DNA of 64,000 bases from Acidimicrobiia bacterium (GTDB lineage: Bacteria > Actinomycetota > Acidimicrobiia > Spongiisociales > SHLN01): positions 26,152 to 90,151 of the forward strand of contig JBFGAX010000002.1 in the NCBI GenBank assembly GCA_041567895.1, given 5' to 3'. Under the pieces are notes generated by a model that saw only the letters and a list, made by a program, of their open reading frames with translations, was not told the origin of the DNA and did not search any database. Below, one piece after another: positions 9,865-19,355 of the stretch. The translations under genes were made by a program, and so were the position numbers. How positions within the stretch are numbered: the stretch's first letter is position 1; each line of letters starts with the position of its first letter.

Positions 9865-11144
9865 ACAGGCTTGTCGGCGGTCACAACCGAAGGTGGCGGC
9901 TCCCAGTTGGCCAGATCCAGCAATCGTGGGTCGGAGGAAAGCATCTTCTCCACGCCGACATCGATTTCGGCGAGCCGGGCAAGCCGCCGGACTTCAATCT
10001 TCTCGTTCCACCGCAGGAGGGTCACTACGAGCCCCTCCTCTCCGGCTCTGGCGGTTCGGCCGGATCGGTGGACAAACGTCTTGTAATCGGCCGGCGGGTC
10101 GTAGTGGATGACCACCCCGACATTGTCGATATGAAGGCCCCGTGCGGCAACGTTGGTTGCGACCAGTGCCCGTATCGTGCCGTCGCGAAACTGCTGGAGC
10201 GCCTTCTCGCGTACACGCTGGGGTAGGTCTCCGTGCACCACACCAACTTTGACACCCTGATCTTTGAGTTCGGAAAACAACCGGTCAGCGCCCCTTTTCG
10301 TCCTCGTGAACATGATGGCGCGGTCGAAGGTGCCTGCGATCGTGGCTGCTACGAGTGCTTTGTCTCGATCGTGTACCTCGATCAGGCGGTGTTCCATGGT
10401 GTCGACTGTCTCGGTTTCAGCTTCAACCGAGTGGTAGACGGGATCCTGCATGAACTGGTTCACGATTGATCCGATTGCGCCGTCCAGCGTCGCGGAAAAG
10501 AGCATCATCTGGTCGAAATTCGGTATCTGGCGTAGTACGTGGCGAACCTGGGGAAGGAACCCCATGTCAGCCATCTGGTCGGCCTCGTCAAGGATGACTA
10601 TCTGCACGTCGCCGAGCGACACGATGCCCCGCTCTTCGAGATCGATGAGTCGGCCCGGAGTTGCGACCAGCAGGTCAATGCCGAGATTCAATGCTTCTTC
10701 CTGCTTTTTCATGGAGGCCCCGCCGTACGCGTACCCGAGCCATTTGCCAATCGACTGGGCAATGGGAGCCAATTCGGTTGCGACTTGAATACAGAGCTCG
10801 CGTGTCGGCACCAGAATCAATCCGAGCGGATGGCGTGGTTTGGCCGAACCAATTCGTTGGAGGATAGGAATGCCGAATGCCAGCGTCTTGCCAGATCCGG
10901 TCTGAGCCTTCCCGGCAACATCACGTCCAGCAAGGGCATCCGGAATTGCTTCAACCTGGATCGGAAACGGTGTGGTGATTTCTTTTGCCGCCAGCGTCTT
11001 GACGATTGCCTGGTCAACTCCGAGGTCTTCGAATGTGGTGATGAGGTACTCCTGAACTGCAGCAATTCGTGCCGTTGCCGTGGCAGATGGCCAAATCGGG
11101 ATCTTCGATCGAGCGGCCAAACGTAGGGCGGTAGATGGCCACAA
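9834..11144 (-). CDS. DEAD-box ATP-dependent RNA helicase
   Basis: Motifs Q (TPFPIQ), I (AQTGSGKT), II (LDEADQM; DEAD variant), III (SAT), VI (HRSGRTARAG). TTG start. Confidence 0.85.
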   Translation of the reverse strand: MWPSTALRLAARSKIPIWPSATATARIAAVQEYLITTFEDLGVDQAIVKTLAAKEITTPFPIQVEAIPDALAGRDVAGKAQTGSGKTLAFGIPILQRIGSAKPRHPLGLILVPTRELCIQVATELAPIAQSIGKWLGYAYGGASMKKQEEALNLGIDLLVATPGRLIDLEERGIVSLGDVQIVILDEADQMADMGFLPQVRHVLRQIPNFDQMMLFSATLDGAIGSIVNQFMQDPVYHSVEAETETVDTMEHRLIEVHDRDKALVAATIAGTFDRAIMFTRTKRGADRLFSELKDQGVKVGVVHGDLPQRVREKALQQFRDGTIRALVATNVAARGLHIDNVGVVIHYDPPADYKTFVHRSGRTARAGEEGLVVTLLRWNEKIEVRRLARLAEIDVGVEKMLSSDPRLLDLANWEPPPSVVTADKPVWGAQRRRRR

Positions 11145-11218
11145 CGGCGGCTCCAGCCAGGGTTATGGTACTGGCCACTGGCGACGATCGATGCTCGCCT
11201 GCGAGGAAAGGGTCCTAC

Positions 11219-11419
11219 ATGACTGTTGCAAAGGTGATCGAGATCTCATCTCGCTCTGACGTGTCGTTCGATGACGCCATCGAGAGCGGGATCGAGAAGG
11301 CATCTGACTCCTTGAACAATATGGAGGCGGCCTGGGTGCAAGATCAACAGGTCTTGATCAAGGACGGCAAAATCACCGGCTATCAGGTATCTCTCCGGAT
11401 CACTTTCATCGTGGGGTGA
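11219..11419 (+). CDS. Dodecin-family flavin-binding protein
   Basis: 66-aa product MTVAKVIEISSRS...DGKITGYQVSLRITFIV matches the dodecin fold pattern; RBS AGGAAAGGG upstream. Confidence 0.65.
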   Translation: MTVAKVIEISSRSDVSFDDAIESGIEKASDSLNNMEAAWVQDQQVLIKDGKITGYQVSLRITFIVG

Positions 11420-11697
11420 CATCTTCTTCTCGCGACTTCACGAGTGAGGTTGTGAGGGTCCTCAAGTCACTCAAACCGGGGGACGTTGTCACGTACGGCG
11501 AGATCGCCGAAGAGGCCGGTTTTCCGGGCGCGGCCCGGGCTGTCGGCAAGGTGCTTCGAGACGGCGAAGGGTTGCCGTGGTGGCGGGTTGTGACATCTAC
11601 CGGACGGTTGGTCCCCGGGTACGAACAGCGACAGTCAGAACTGTTGAGCAGCGAAGGCGTGGAGGTGTCGGGCAACCGCGTCCTGAGACGCCTGTGA
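11416..11697 (+). CDS. Alkyltransferase-like protein (MGMT-family DNA-binding domain, non-catalytic)
   Basis: MGMT C-terminal domain pattern (TYGEIAEEAGFPGAARAVG) with PWWRVV in place of the catalytic PCHRVV, so Trp replaces the Cys acceptor as in ATL proteins. Confidence 0.65.
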   Translation: MTSSSRDFTSEVVRVLKSLKPGDVVTYGEIAEEAGFPGAARAVGKVLRDGEGLPWWRVVTSTGRLVPGYEQRQSELLSSEGVEVSGNRVLRRL

Positions 11698-11714
11698 GGT
11701 TGATCCAGACTGTC

Positions 11715-12236
11715 TCATGTCGGCGGAATCAGGACCAGATCGACCATGAGGTCGGTGGCTACCGCTTCGATGGCGTCGTGCAGGTCGTCGGCAGCCAGTT
11801 CAGCAGGCAGATGGAGAACTGCTTCGGCTTTGAACACGTGCCCGCCCATCGGGGCATCGGCCGTATGGGTTTCCAGTTCTTCGATGCTCGCGCCGAACGT
11901 TGCGATGACATGCGCGACCTCATGGACAATCCCTGGATGGTCCTGCCCTACCAGGCTCAACTGAAGACGGTTGCCGCTCTCAACCGGCTGCTGTTCGGTC
12001 GCCCGCTCTGCCGTGATGTGGAGCAAGCCCGTGGTCTCGAGTGGTTCGAGGTCTGCAATGAGAGCGTCTGTGTGGTGATCGTCGACGGTAACGAGCACAA
12101 TGCCTGCAAATTTGCCTGCGAGCTCGGCCATGTGGCTCCGATCCCAGTTTCCTCCGTGTTCGGCTATGACGCCCGACAACGCATCGACGAGCCCGGACCT
12201 GTCGTCGCCGATCACCGTGATTACCAACTTCGCCAT
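11715..12236 (-). CDS. ACT-domain protein (glycine cleavage system regulator GcvR-like)
   Basis: Two tandem ACT-like segments (KLVITVIGDDRSGLV... and LQLSLVGQDHPGIVHEV...). Confidence 0.6.
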   Translation of the reverse strand: MAKLVITVIGDDRSGLVDALSGVIAEHGGNWDRSHMAELAGKFAGIVLVTVDDHHTDALIADLEPLETTGLLHITAERATEQQPVESGNRLQLSLVGQDHPGIVHEVAHVIATFGASIEELETHTADAPMGGHVFKAEAVLHLPAELAADDLHDAIEAVATDLMVDLVLIPPT

Positions 12237-12321
12237 CGGGTGAGAGTACCCGGACGCCCGCCCGGTTCCTGTCACGAAAAAACATATAAAGCGATCGTCT
12301 CCGCGTGTCGATTCGTGACTG

Positions 12322-12588
12322 GTGAAGATTCAACCATGTCAGATTCAAGCCTGCTGGGCCGCACGGATGCGTGGCTACGCCCACTGTATCGAGCACCAGC
12401 TGACCGTTGACCCATACGCTCTCCTCGACGATGACATCGATGAGCGATATCCGCTGGAACCCACCTGGGTTTGCATTCATGGTGCGGAGATAGGCAGTTG
12501 TTTCCTCAATTGGGTCGCCGAATTTCCCGGCCTGGGCGCTTCGCCATATGAGTTCCGCGACCAGATGTACTCGGTATCTCTCAACTAG
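12322..12588 (+). CDS. Small hypothetical Cys/His-containing protein (doubtful)
   Basis: 88-aa ORF in a 375-nt gap between two minus-strand genes; 5 Cys and 4 His; GC3 moderately elevated; no homology recognised. Confidence 0.2.
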   Translation: MKIQPCQIQACWAARMRGYAHCIEHQLTVDPYALLDDDIDERYPLEPTWVCIHGAEIGSCFLNWVAEFPGLGASPYEFRDQMYSVSLN

Positions 12589-12649
12589 TCGTCGTCGCTA
12601 TCGGTCGTCAAAGAGCAACGTTGCTGATCCGGGCCAGGCCCTCTCAAGA

Positions 12650-14433
12650 TCAGCCTGTGAGATATTTCGGCTCGATGGCGAAGAGGGCGTCGTCAGGGGC
12701 CACAATGGCGTCGACCAATCCGATCGCCTGCGGCAGCAACTGGTCGAGGTAGAACGAGGCCGTAGCGATTTTGGCTTTCACAAAGTCTTGATCCTCGTCC
12801 TGGGTGTTGGCGAGCGACTCAGCTGCTACCAACGATTGGCCCATGAAGTGTCCACCGAGAACCGTACCTAGCAGCCTGAGGAATGGGGTGGCTCCGGCAA
12901 GGGCTTGATTGGGGTCGTGTGGCAAGGCTGCCATGAGATGTGCGGTGGCTGTTTCGACGGCGTCGACGGCCGACCGCAACTTGCTCGCGAGGTTCGGGTG
13001 ATGGGCCAGCATGTCGACGGTGTCTCGCATATCCGCTATGAGCCCGGAAATCACTTCCCCTTTTTCGAGAGGGAGTTTGCGCATTACGAGGTCAATCGCC
13101 TGAATCCCGTTTGTTCCCTCATAGATGGGTGCGATTCTGGCATCCCGATAGTGCTGAGCTGCGCCGGTTTCCTCGATGAAACCCATTCCGCCGTGGACCT
13201 GTAACGCCAGCGACGCGACCTCGCAGCCAAGGTCCGAGGACCATGCCTTGCTGATCGGCGTGAACAACGCCGCCAGGTGGGAGGCACGAGTTCGTTCCTC
13301 GACGGTTGCGGCTCCGACGCTCCGGTCGATGGCTGCGGCATCTGCGTAGATCACACATCGCATGGCTTCGATGTAGGCCTTCATGGTCATGAGCATCCGC
13401 CGGACGTCAGGATGATCGATGATGGGAGACGACTCGGTCGATCCCACTGCGCGGCCTTGATGCCGTTCCTGGGCGAAAATGACTGCCTGCTGATACGCGC
13501 GGTCCGCGATGCCGAGTCCCTCGTTGCCGACTGCAAGACGCGCGCCGTTCATCATCGTGAACATGGCCCGCATGCCCTCGTTTTCACTTCCGATCATGTA
13601 GCCGATGGCGCCATCGGAGTTTTCGCCGTAGTGCATGACCGCCGTCGGGCTTCCGTGGATGCCCATCTTGTGCTCGAGCGAGGCGCACACCACATCGTTG
13701 CGTTCGCCAACGGTTCCGTCTTCGTTCACCAGGAACTTGGGCACGATGAACAGAGAAATCCCTTTCGTCCCCGGTGGTGATCCCGGCGTACGCGCCAGCA
13801 CCATATGGATGATGTTCTCAGCCATATCGTGCTCTCCGTACGTGATGAAGATCTTGGTTCCCTTGATGCGCCAGGTTCCGTCATCTGCAGGCTCAGCCCT
13901 CGTCCGCAGAGCTCCGACATCAGAACCTGCATGCGCCTCGGTCAGATTCATGGTCCCCGACCACTCGCCTGTGAGGAGCTTTGGCAGGTACGTGACTTGC
14001 TGCTCGGGCGTCCCGTGGTGAATGAGCGCATCTATGGAACTCTGGGTCAACAGGGGACAAAGAGCCCACGCCATGTTGGCTGCATTGAGCATTTCCATGA
14101 CGACGGTGCCGACGAGCAGGGGAAATCCGTGCCCGCCGAACTCTTCTGGGACCGGTACCGCACTCCAGCCGGCGTCCACAAACTGGCGATACGCTTCTTT
14201 GAATCCGGGCGGCGTACTGACCGATCCATCGGCGTTGCGAACCGAGCCGATCTGGTCGCCGATCACGTTGAGCGGTGCAACCTGATCCTGCACGAACCGG
14301 GCTGCCTCGTCGAGGGCACCAAAGACGGTTTCCAGGTCTGCCGCAGCGAACGGTGGCATCTCGACGATTTCTTCGAGACCTACCACCGCCTTCAAGACGA
14401 ACCTCATATCGCGCAACGGCGCCTGATAAGACA
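12650..14433 (-). CDS. fadE: Acyl-CoA dehydrogenase, long-chain FadE-like
   Basis: 594 aa; MSYQAPLRDMRFVLK N-terminus typical of FadE-type ACADs; ACAD middle/C domains plus C-terminal extension. Confidence 0.85.
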
Positions 14434-14517
14434 TGTCCTCAGAATAGATGGCGGACGCAGCAAGATTGTCTGACGCGTACGCCACGAGCCCTCAAACCCG
14501 GCAGATAGGGTTGGTTC

Positions 14518-15405
14518 GTGAAAATTGGTATCCAGCTGCCGGAGGTTGAACGAATCGTTCCATGGCCCGAGTATCGGGCTATGGCCATCCTCGCCGAAGA
14601 CGTGGGATTCGATTCCATCTGGCTCGGTGACCACTTGATGTACGACAAGCCGGAAGGGCCTCTCGGTCCGTGGGAGTGCTGGACCCAGTTGGCGGCGATC
14701 GCGGCGGTCACGAATCGGGTGCTTCTTGGCCCGCTCGTCTCGCCGACGGGTTGGCGCAATCCGGCCTTGCTGGTCAAGATGGCAGGAACGGTGGACGAGA
14801 TCTCGGGAGGGCGACTCGTGCTAGGGCTTGGCTCCGGCTGGAACCAGAGGGAGTTCGACGCCTACGGTTTTGCGTTCGACAAGCGCGTGAGCAGATTTGA
14901 AGAAGCGTTCACGGTCATCACGTCGTTGATTCGAACCGGCTACGCGGATGCATCGGGAGACTATTACCACATTCGCGACCTACCCATGGTGCCGCCAACT
15001 CGATCAGATCTTCCGATCATGATTGGATCGACCGGGCCCCGTATGTTGTCCATAACTGCGCCACACATGAATTGGTGGAACGAGTGGTGGAGCAGGTTCA
15101 ACAATGATCCTGCGGGCCTTGATCCACTTCTCGTGCAACTCGACCGAGCTCTCGGTGCGGCGGGGAGAGAACGCACAGATATCACCACTTCGGTGGCGAT
15201 TTCTGTTGCTCTCCCTGAAGGAGGTGGGAGAGTCATGGGAGCCGAGGCCGATGCTTCGCCGATCACGGGCACGACGCAAGAAATCGCGGAACAGATCGCG
15301 GCATTTTCCACAAAAGTCGACCATGTCCAGGTTGTGATCGACCCCATCACCCTCGAGTCGATTGAGACAATGGGCACCATCCTGAGTTTGGTGCGAGCCG
15401 GGTAG
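14518..15405 (+). CDS. LLM-class (luciferase-like) flavin/F420-dependent oxidoreductase
   Basis: MKIGIQLPEV...FDSIWLGDHLM...LGLGSGW pattern of luciferase-like monooxygenases. Confidence 0.8.
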   Translation: MKIGIQLPEVERIVPWPEYRAMAILAEDVGFDSIWLGDHLMYDKPEGPLGPWECWTQLAAIAAVTNRVLLGPLVSPTGWRNPALLVKMAGTVDEISGGRLVLGLGSGWNQREFDAYGFAFDKRVSRFEEAFTVITSLIRTGYADASGDYYHIRDLPMVPPTRSDLPIMIGSTGPRMLSITAPHMNWWNEWWSRFNNDPAGLDPLLVQLDRALGAAGRERTDITTSVAISVALPEGGGRVMGAEADASPITGTTQEIAEQIAAFSTKVDHVQVVIDPITLESIETMGTILSLVRAG

Positions 15406-15465
15406 TTCACCCGGTGCATAGCCAACCGGGTATCGTGCTGCCCAACGTTGGGGACTGGAGACATC

Positions 15466-15966
15466 ATGAAATACGACGCCGCGCCCGAGCTGACCATCGA
15501 TGTGGGCAAAAGCTACACAGCCACGCTGCACACCAACAAAGGAGATATCGAGCTCGAACTCGATGCTGCCCGATCGCCCCAGGCAGTCAACAACTTCCTG
15601 TTCCTGGCGAAGGAGGGTTTCTATGACGGTGTGATATTCCACCGTGTCGTGCCCGGCTTTGTAATCCAGGGCGGCGATCCGACCGGGACCGGGAGCGGCG
15701 GACCCGGCTACAAGTTTCGCGACGAACTCGAGGGCTCTGGCAACTACAGCCGGGGAACGTTGGCCATGGCGAACGCAGGTCCGAATACCAACGGATCACA
15801 GTTCTTCATCTGTCTTGCGGATGTCGGGCTCCCACACGCGTACACGATCTTTGGCGAGGTCACAGCGGGAATGGAAACGGTGGATGCGATTGCGGCCGAA
15901 CCGCGGGCTGGCGAACGACCTATCGAGGAATGTGTAATCGAGAGCGTTTCTATGTCGGAATCCTGA
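15466..15966 (+). CDS. ppiB: Peptidyl-prolyl cis-trans isomerase (cyclophilin type)
   Basis: FHRVVPGFVIQGGDPTGTG...GTLAMANAGPNTNGSQFFI cyclophilin signature. Confidence 0.9.
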   Translation: MKYDAAPELTIDVGKSYTATLHTNKGDIELELDAARSPQAVNNFLFLAKEGFYDGVIFHRVVPGFVIQGGDPTGTGSGGPGYKFRDELEGSGNYSRGTLAMANAGPNTNGSQFFICLADVGLPHAYTIFGEVTAGMETVDAIAAEPRAGERPIEECVIESVSMSES

Positions 15967-15980
15967 GGCACCGGCTCGGG

Positions 15981-16907
15981 TCAGTCGCCGTCGAAGATCG
16001 TGGTGGTGGTGGGCTGTTGGGTTTCCGGGATTGTGGTGGTCGTTTGCTCCTGAGGATCTACGACGGTTGTCGTAGTCACGGTTGTTGAGGTCACCGTTGT
16101 AGACGTGGTCGTCGACGGTGGAAGGGTGGTGGTTGATTCCGGAACGGTGGTCGTTGGTGCCGTGGTGACGGGGACCGTTGGAGCCTGGGTCGTCGAGGGC
16201 GCCTCCGGTTGTCCGCCGATGGTGGTGATTGAGGTCGGTGTCCCGATTTCGGGAACCGTCGTGCTGGGAGTCTCGGTGACAACCGTGGTGGTTGTGGTCG
16301 AATCCAATGTGATCGGTCCCGGATCGGTTGGTAGCAGCGCCGTTGTGACCGTTGAAGGTCTTGGCGAAGAAGGTGACGGTGCGGTGGTATCCGGGACCGA
16401 AGTCGTGGCGGTCGTGGTCGACGCAATCGGACCGAGGGGCTGGCCGACGGTGACCTCTGCGCCAGAGGTGGTGGTTGCTGCGGAGGTGTCCGAGACGTTG
16501 CTCGCGAGTACCTCAACCGCCGGAGCCTCTGGCTGTGAAATCTGAGCGGCCATGAAGAGTCCCGCCAAAACCATGATGGTTCCGAGGCCGCCGGTGAACA
16601 TCGGCAGGACCCGACGTGACGGGGGTTCGCTCGGAGCGGTTTCGCCATGCTTGTGGCGACGGTGGCGGACACTGGCAGCCCGCAGAAGGTCCGTTGTGCG
16701 ATCATCTACCGTGCCTGGTGATGTTGCAGAGGAGGTCGAAGGCGGAGAGAGTTCCCGAATGTGGGGGGTCGAGTATTCCGCTCGCAGTGCCGGAGCGGCA
16801 CTCCGGGATGGGCGCGCTACATCGGACGCCCGCTTTCCGGATGTTGTGGCATCCGCGTTCCGCCGTTCGCTCGGGCCGACACCATGCAGCCTGAGTTCCT
16901 CGCCCAC
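15981..16907 (-). CDS. Thr/Pro-rich membrane-anchored low-complexity protein
   Basis: One TM (TIMVLAGLFMAAQI) followed by ~200 aa of T/P/S-rich repeats; start uncertain. Confidence 0.5.
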   Translation of the reverse strand: MGEELRLHGVGPSERRNADATTSGKRASDVARPSRSAAPALRAEYSTPHIRELSPPSTSSATSPGTVDDRTTDLLRAASVRHRRHKHGETAPSEPPSRRVLPMFTGGLGTIMVLAGLFMAAQISQPEAPAVEVLASNVSDTSAATTTSGAEVTVGQPLGPIASTTTATTSVPDTTAPSPSSPRPSTVTTALLPTDPGPITLDSTTTTTVVTETPSTTVPEIGTPTSITTIGGQPEAPSTTQAPTVPVTTAPTTTVPESTTTLPPSTTTSTTVTSTTVTTTTVVDPQEQTTTTIPETQQPTTTTIFDGD

Positions 16908-16992
16908 TGGGTTCCTTCCCCTTACGAGAGCCCCTCCCTTACGGGCGATATCTTACCCGGGCCAACGGGAACCGCGTTCGGTGGTCACCGGT

Positions 16993-18549
16993 TCAGTCGA
17001 GGAGCTGCTGGACCTCGTCGGACAGCTGGTCGATCGTGAACGGCTTGGCGAGTACCGACGCAAACCCGGCCGCAATGCATTCGTCGATCGAAACGTGATC
17101 GACGCGACCCGTGGCAGCGAGGGCCGGTGTATCGGTTTGAGCACGTATTCGTTTCGCGAAATCGATTCCATCCATGTCCGGAAGTCCGAGGTCGGAGATG
17201 ATGAGGTCGAACCTCCGAACCGAAATTGCATCAAGAGCTTCAGTAGCGCTGCCGACCGCTATGACCGAGTAGTCGAGCTGTTCCAACATGTGGACCGTGA
17301 CCCGCCGGTTCACATCATCGTCCTCGACCACGAGGACCGAGCGACGTGGTTGCTGCTCACGCAGCCAGTGGCGTGTGATGAGCTGGGTGACACCGCTGCG
17401 AGCGGCATTGATCGCCGCGGACAACTCATCGTTACTGATCGGGCGGGTCAGATAGCCGGAAACACCGAGCTCGGTGCTACGGGCCGCATCGCCTCGCTGG
17501 CCGGTGGTCGTGACAATGATCACCGGGTTGTCGGGATTGTCGGATCGGATTGATTCGATGTCGTTGAAGTCGATGTGGTCGAGGTCGACGATGATGACGT
17601 CATCTGCGGCCAGAGCTTCTGCAACGGGGGTGAGGTCAAGGCCAGCCACGAGGTCTGCCACACTCCCGGGACCGGGGTGAGAGGGCACGACGACTGCCCG
17701 GACCGCGGCGGCCACGTCTGCGAACTCGAACTCGGCCGATGCGCGCGTTGCGAACTCCACGACCATGGTGAACGTCGAACCCCGTCCCAATGTCGAGGTA
17801 ACGGTGAGCCTGCCGCCCATGAGATCGGCGAGTTGGCTGCAAATCGCGAGTCCGAGACCCGTCCCGCCATGGGTACGCGTTGTCGAGTCGGCTGCTTGTT
17901 CGTATGGGTCGAAAATCGCTTCGAGACGATCCGCCGGGATACCGGCACCCGTGTCCACCACGTCGATGCGGATGGTGGCACGGTCGGGCGCGGCAGACAC
18001 CACGCCGATACGGACGACGACAGAGCCCTGATCAGTGAATTTGATGGCGTTGCCCACGAGGTTGATGAGGATCTGACGCAGCCTTCCGGGGTCCCCGATG
18101 ACCAGGTCGGGCACACCAATTTTGATGTCGGAGGCGAGATAGATGTCCTTTTCCGTGGCGAGCGGGCGAAGGATGGACAACACCTGGCCTACCGCATCTG
18201 TTATGTCAAAGGGCACCGCTTCGAGTCGCATGCCATCTGCGTCGAGTTTCGAGAGGTCGAGGATGTCGTTGATGAGCGTCAGCAACTCGTCGCTCGCCTG
18301 CTTGGAGACCTCCAACATCTCTCGTTGCATGTCAGTCGGGTCCGTGTCGAGCAACAGGTCGATCATGCCGAGGATGGCCGACATCGGCGTCCTCAGCTCG
18401 TGAGACAGGTGAGCAAGAAGCATCGTGCGTCGGTTGGCGTCTTCTGCCTGCTCTTCGATTGCATGTTCGAGCGTGTCGATGTGCGCAGCCATCGATTCCA
18501 TCGAGGCGAAAGCCGGTCGCTCTTCATGTACGTGTTCAGGGAGGCCCAT
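16993..18549 (-). CDS. Hybrid sensor histidine kinase/response regulator, cytoplasmic
   Basis: HisKA ([10 protein letters not shown]), HATPase_c (N, G1 DTGAGI, G2 GGTGLGL) and C-terminal receiver ([12 protein letters not shown]...DLGLPDMDG); no TM or sensor domain. Confidence 0.8.
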   Translation of the reverse strand: MGLPEHVHEERPAFASMESMAAHIDTLEHAIEEQAEDANRRTMLLAHLSHELRTPMSAILGMIDLLLDTDPTDMQREMLEVSKQASDELLTLINDILDLSKLDADGMRLEAVPFDITDAVGQVLSILRPLATEKDIYLASDIKIGVPDLVIGDPGRLRQILINLVGNAIKFTDQGSVVVRIGVVSAAPDRATIRIDVVDTGAGIPADRLEAIFDPYEQAADSTTRTHGGTGLGLAICSQLADLMGGRLTVTSTLGRGSTFTMVVEFATRASAEFEFADVAAAVRAVVVPSHPGPGSVADLVAGLDLTPVAEALAADDVIIVDLDHIDFNDIESIRSDNPDNPVIIVTTTGQRGDAARSTELGVSGYLTRPISNDELSAAINAARSGVTQLITRHWLREQQPRRSVLVVEDDDVNRRVTVHMLEQLDYSVIAVGSATEALDAISVRRFDLIISDLGLPDMDGIDFAKRIRAQTDTPALAATGRVDHVSIDECIAAGFASVLAKPFTIDQLSDEVQQLLD

Positions 18550-18675
18550 CGCCTAGATATCGGCACGAATGCTCTCCGAGTACAGGAGAAATGCCGCTCC
18601 CTGCGTTTGAGCGCACGCGTCTGCAGATGGCTACAGTTTGGCGCCGACACCATGTGAAGTGAGAAAGGACCGTGA

Positions 18676-19242
18676 ATGGGTCTCATCGAATTCGTAAAGG
18701 CCGCTGGCCGAAAGATCGGCATTGGGGACGACGAGGAGGACAAGAAAGCCGAAGCAGCCGCCGCCCAGCGGGCTCGCCAGGCCGAGGCCAATGCGAGGGA
18801 GGCCGCTTCTGACAGAGCGGAGGCTGAGGCCAAGGAAGAGGCGACCGCAGATCGCGTCGAGCAGCTGAACCGACAGAAGGACATCATGGACTTCGTCAAG
18901 AAGTTCGATTTTGACGTCAAGAACTTCGGTTTGCAGCTCAATGACGACATCGCCGTCGTGACCGGAGAGGCTGCCACGCAAATCGATCGCGAGAAAGCCG
19001 TGCTCGTAGTCGGCAATCACGAGGGCATCGCGGCGGTCGACGATCGTATGACGGTCGCCGACCCTGCAGAAGAGTCGAAGTTTCACACGGTCGTCAAGGG
19101 CGATACGCTCTCAAAAATCGCCAAGTCGTATTACGGCGACGCGATGAAGTACCCCGAGATCTTTGATGCGAATCGCCCGATGCTCAAGGATCCCGACCTG
19201 ATCTATCCCGGACAGGTTCTTCGCATTCCAGCTCTCGACTGA
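18676..19242 (+). CDS. BON + LysM domain protein (YgaU/Kbp-like)
   Basis: Central BON-like segment and C-terminal LysM (HTVVKGDTLSKIAKSYYGD...YPGQVLRIP). Confidence 0.7.
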   Translation: MGLIEFVKAAGRKIGIGDDEEDKKAEAAAAQRARQAEANAREAASDRAEAEAKEEATADRVEQLNRQKDIMDFVKKFDFDVKNFGLQLNDDIAVVTGEAATQIDREKAVLVVGNHEGIAAVDDRMTVADPAEESKFHTVVKGDTLSKIAKSYYGDAMKYPEIFDANRPMLKDPDLIYPGQVLRIPALD

Positions 19243-19267
19243 CGCAAGCTTCCGACTGAGATGGCTG

Positions 19268-19294
19268 CCGGGGTCGGGGTCAAACCGGCCCCGG
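19268..19294. terminator. Stem-loop between convergent genes (weak terminator candidate)
   Basis: CCGGGGTCGG-ggtcaaa-CCGGCCCCGG, 10-bp stem with one G-U pair; no clear U-tract. Confidence 0.3.
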
Positions 19295-19355
19295 GCGGGC
19301 TCTCAGGACTGCGATCAGTTCGACCGGTGGTCCCCATCCGTACCGGGTGGTCGGC

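Noticed and set aside
16091-16705. Plus- and minus-frame ORFs (16105-16545 +, 16091-16705 -) inside the Thr/Pro-rich gene
   Set aside because: Repetitive ACC/GGT-type codon runs keep several frames open; these are frame artefacts of a single low-complexity gene.
17575-18657. 360-aa plus-strand ORF antisense to the hybrid histidine kinase
   Set aside because: Shadow ORF: His/Arg/Asp/Gly-rich low-complexity translation, no domain; the HK on the minus strand carries all canonical motifs.
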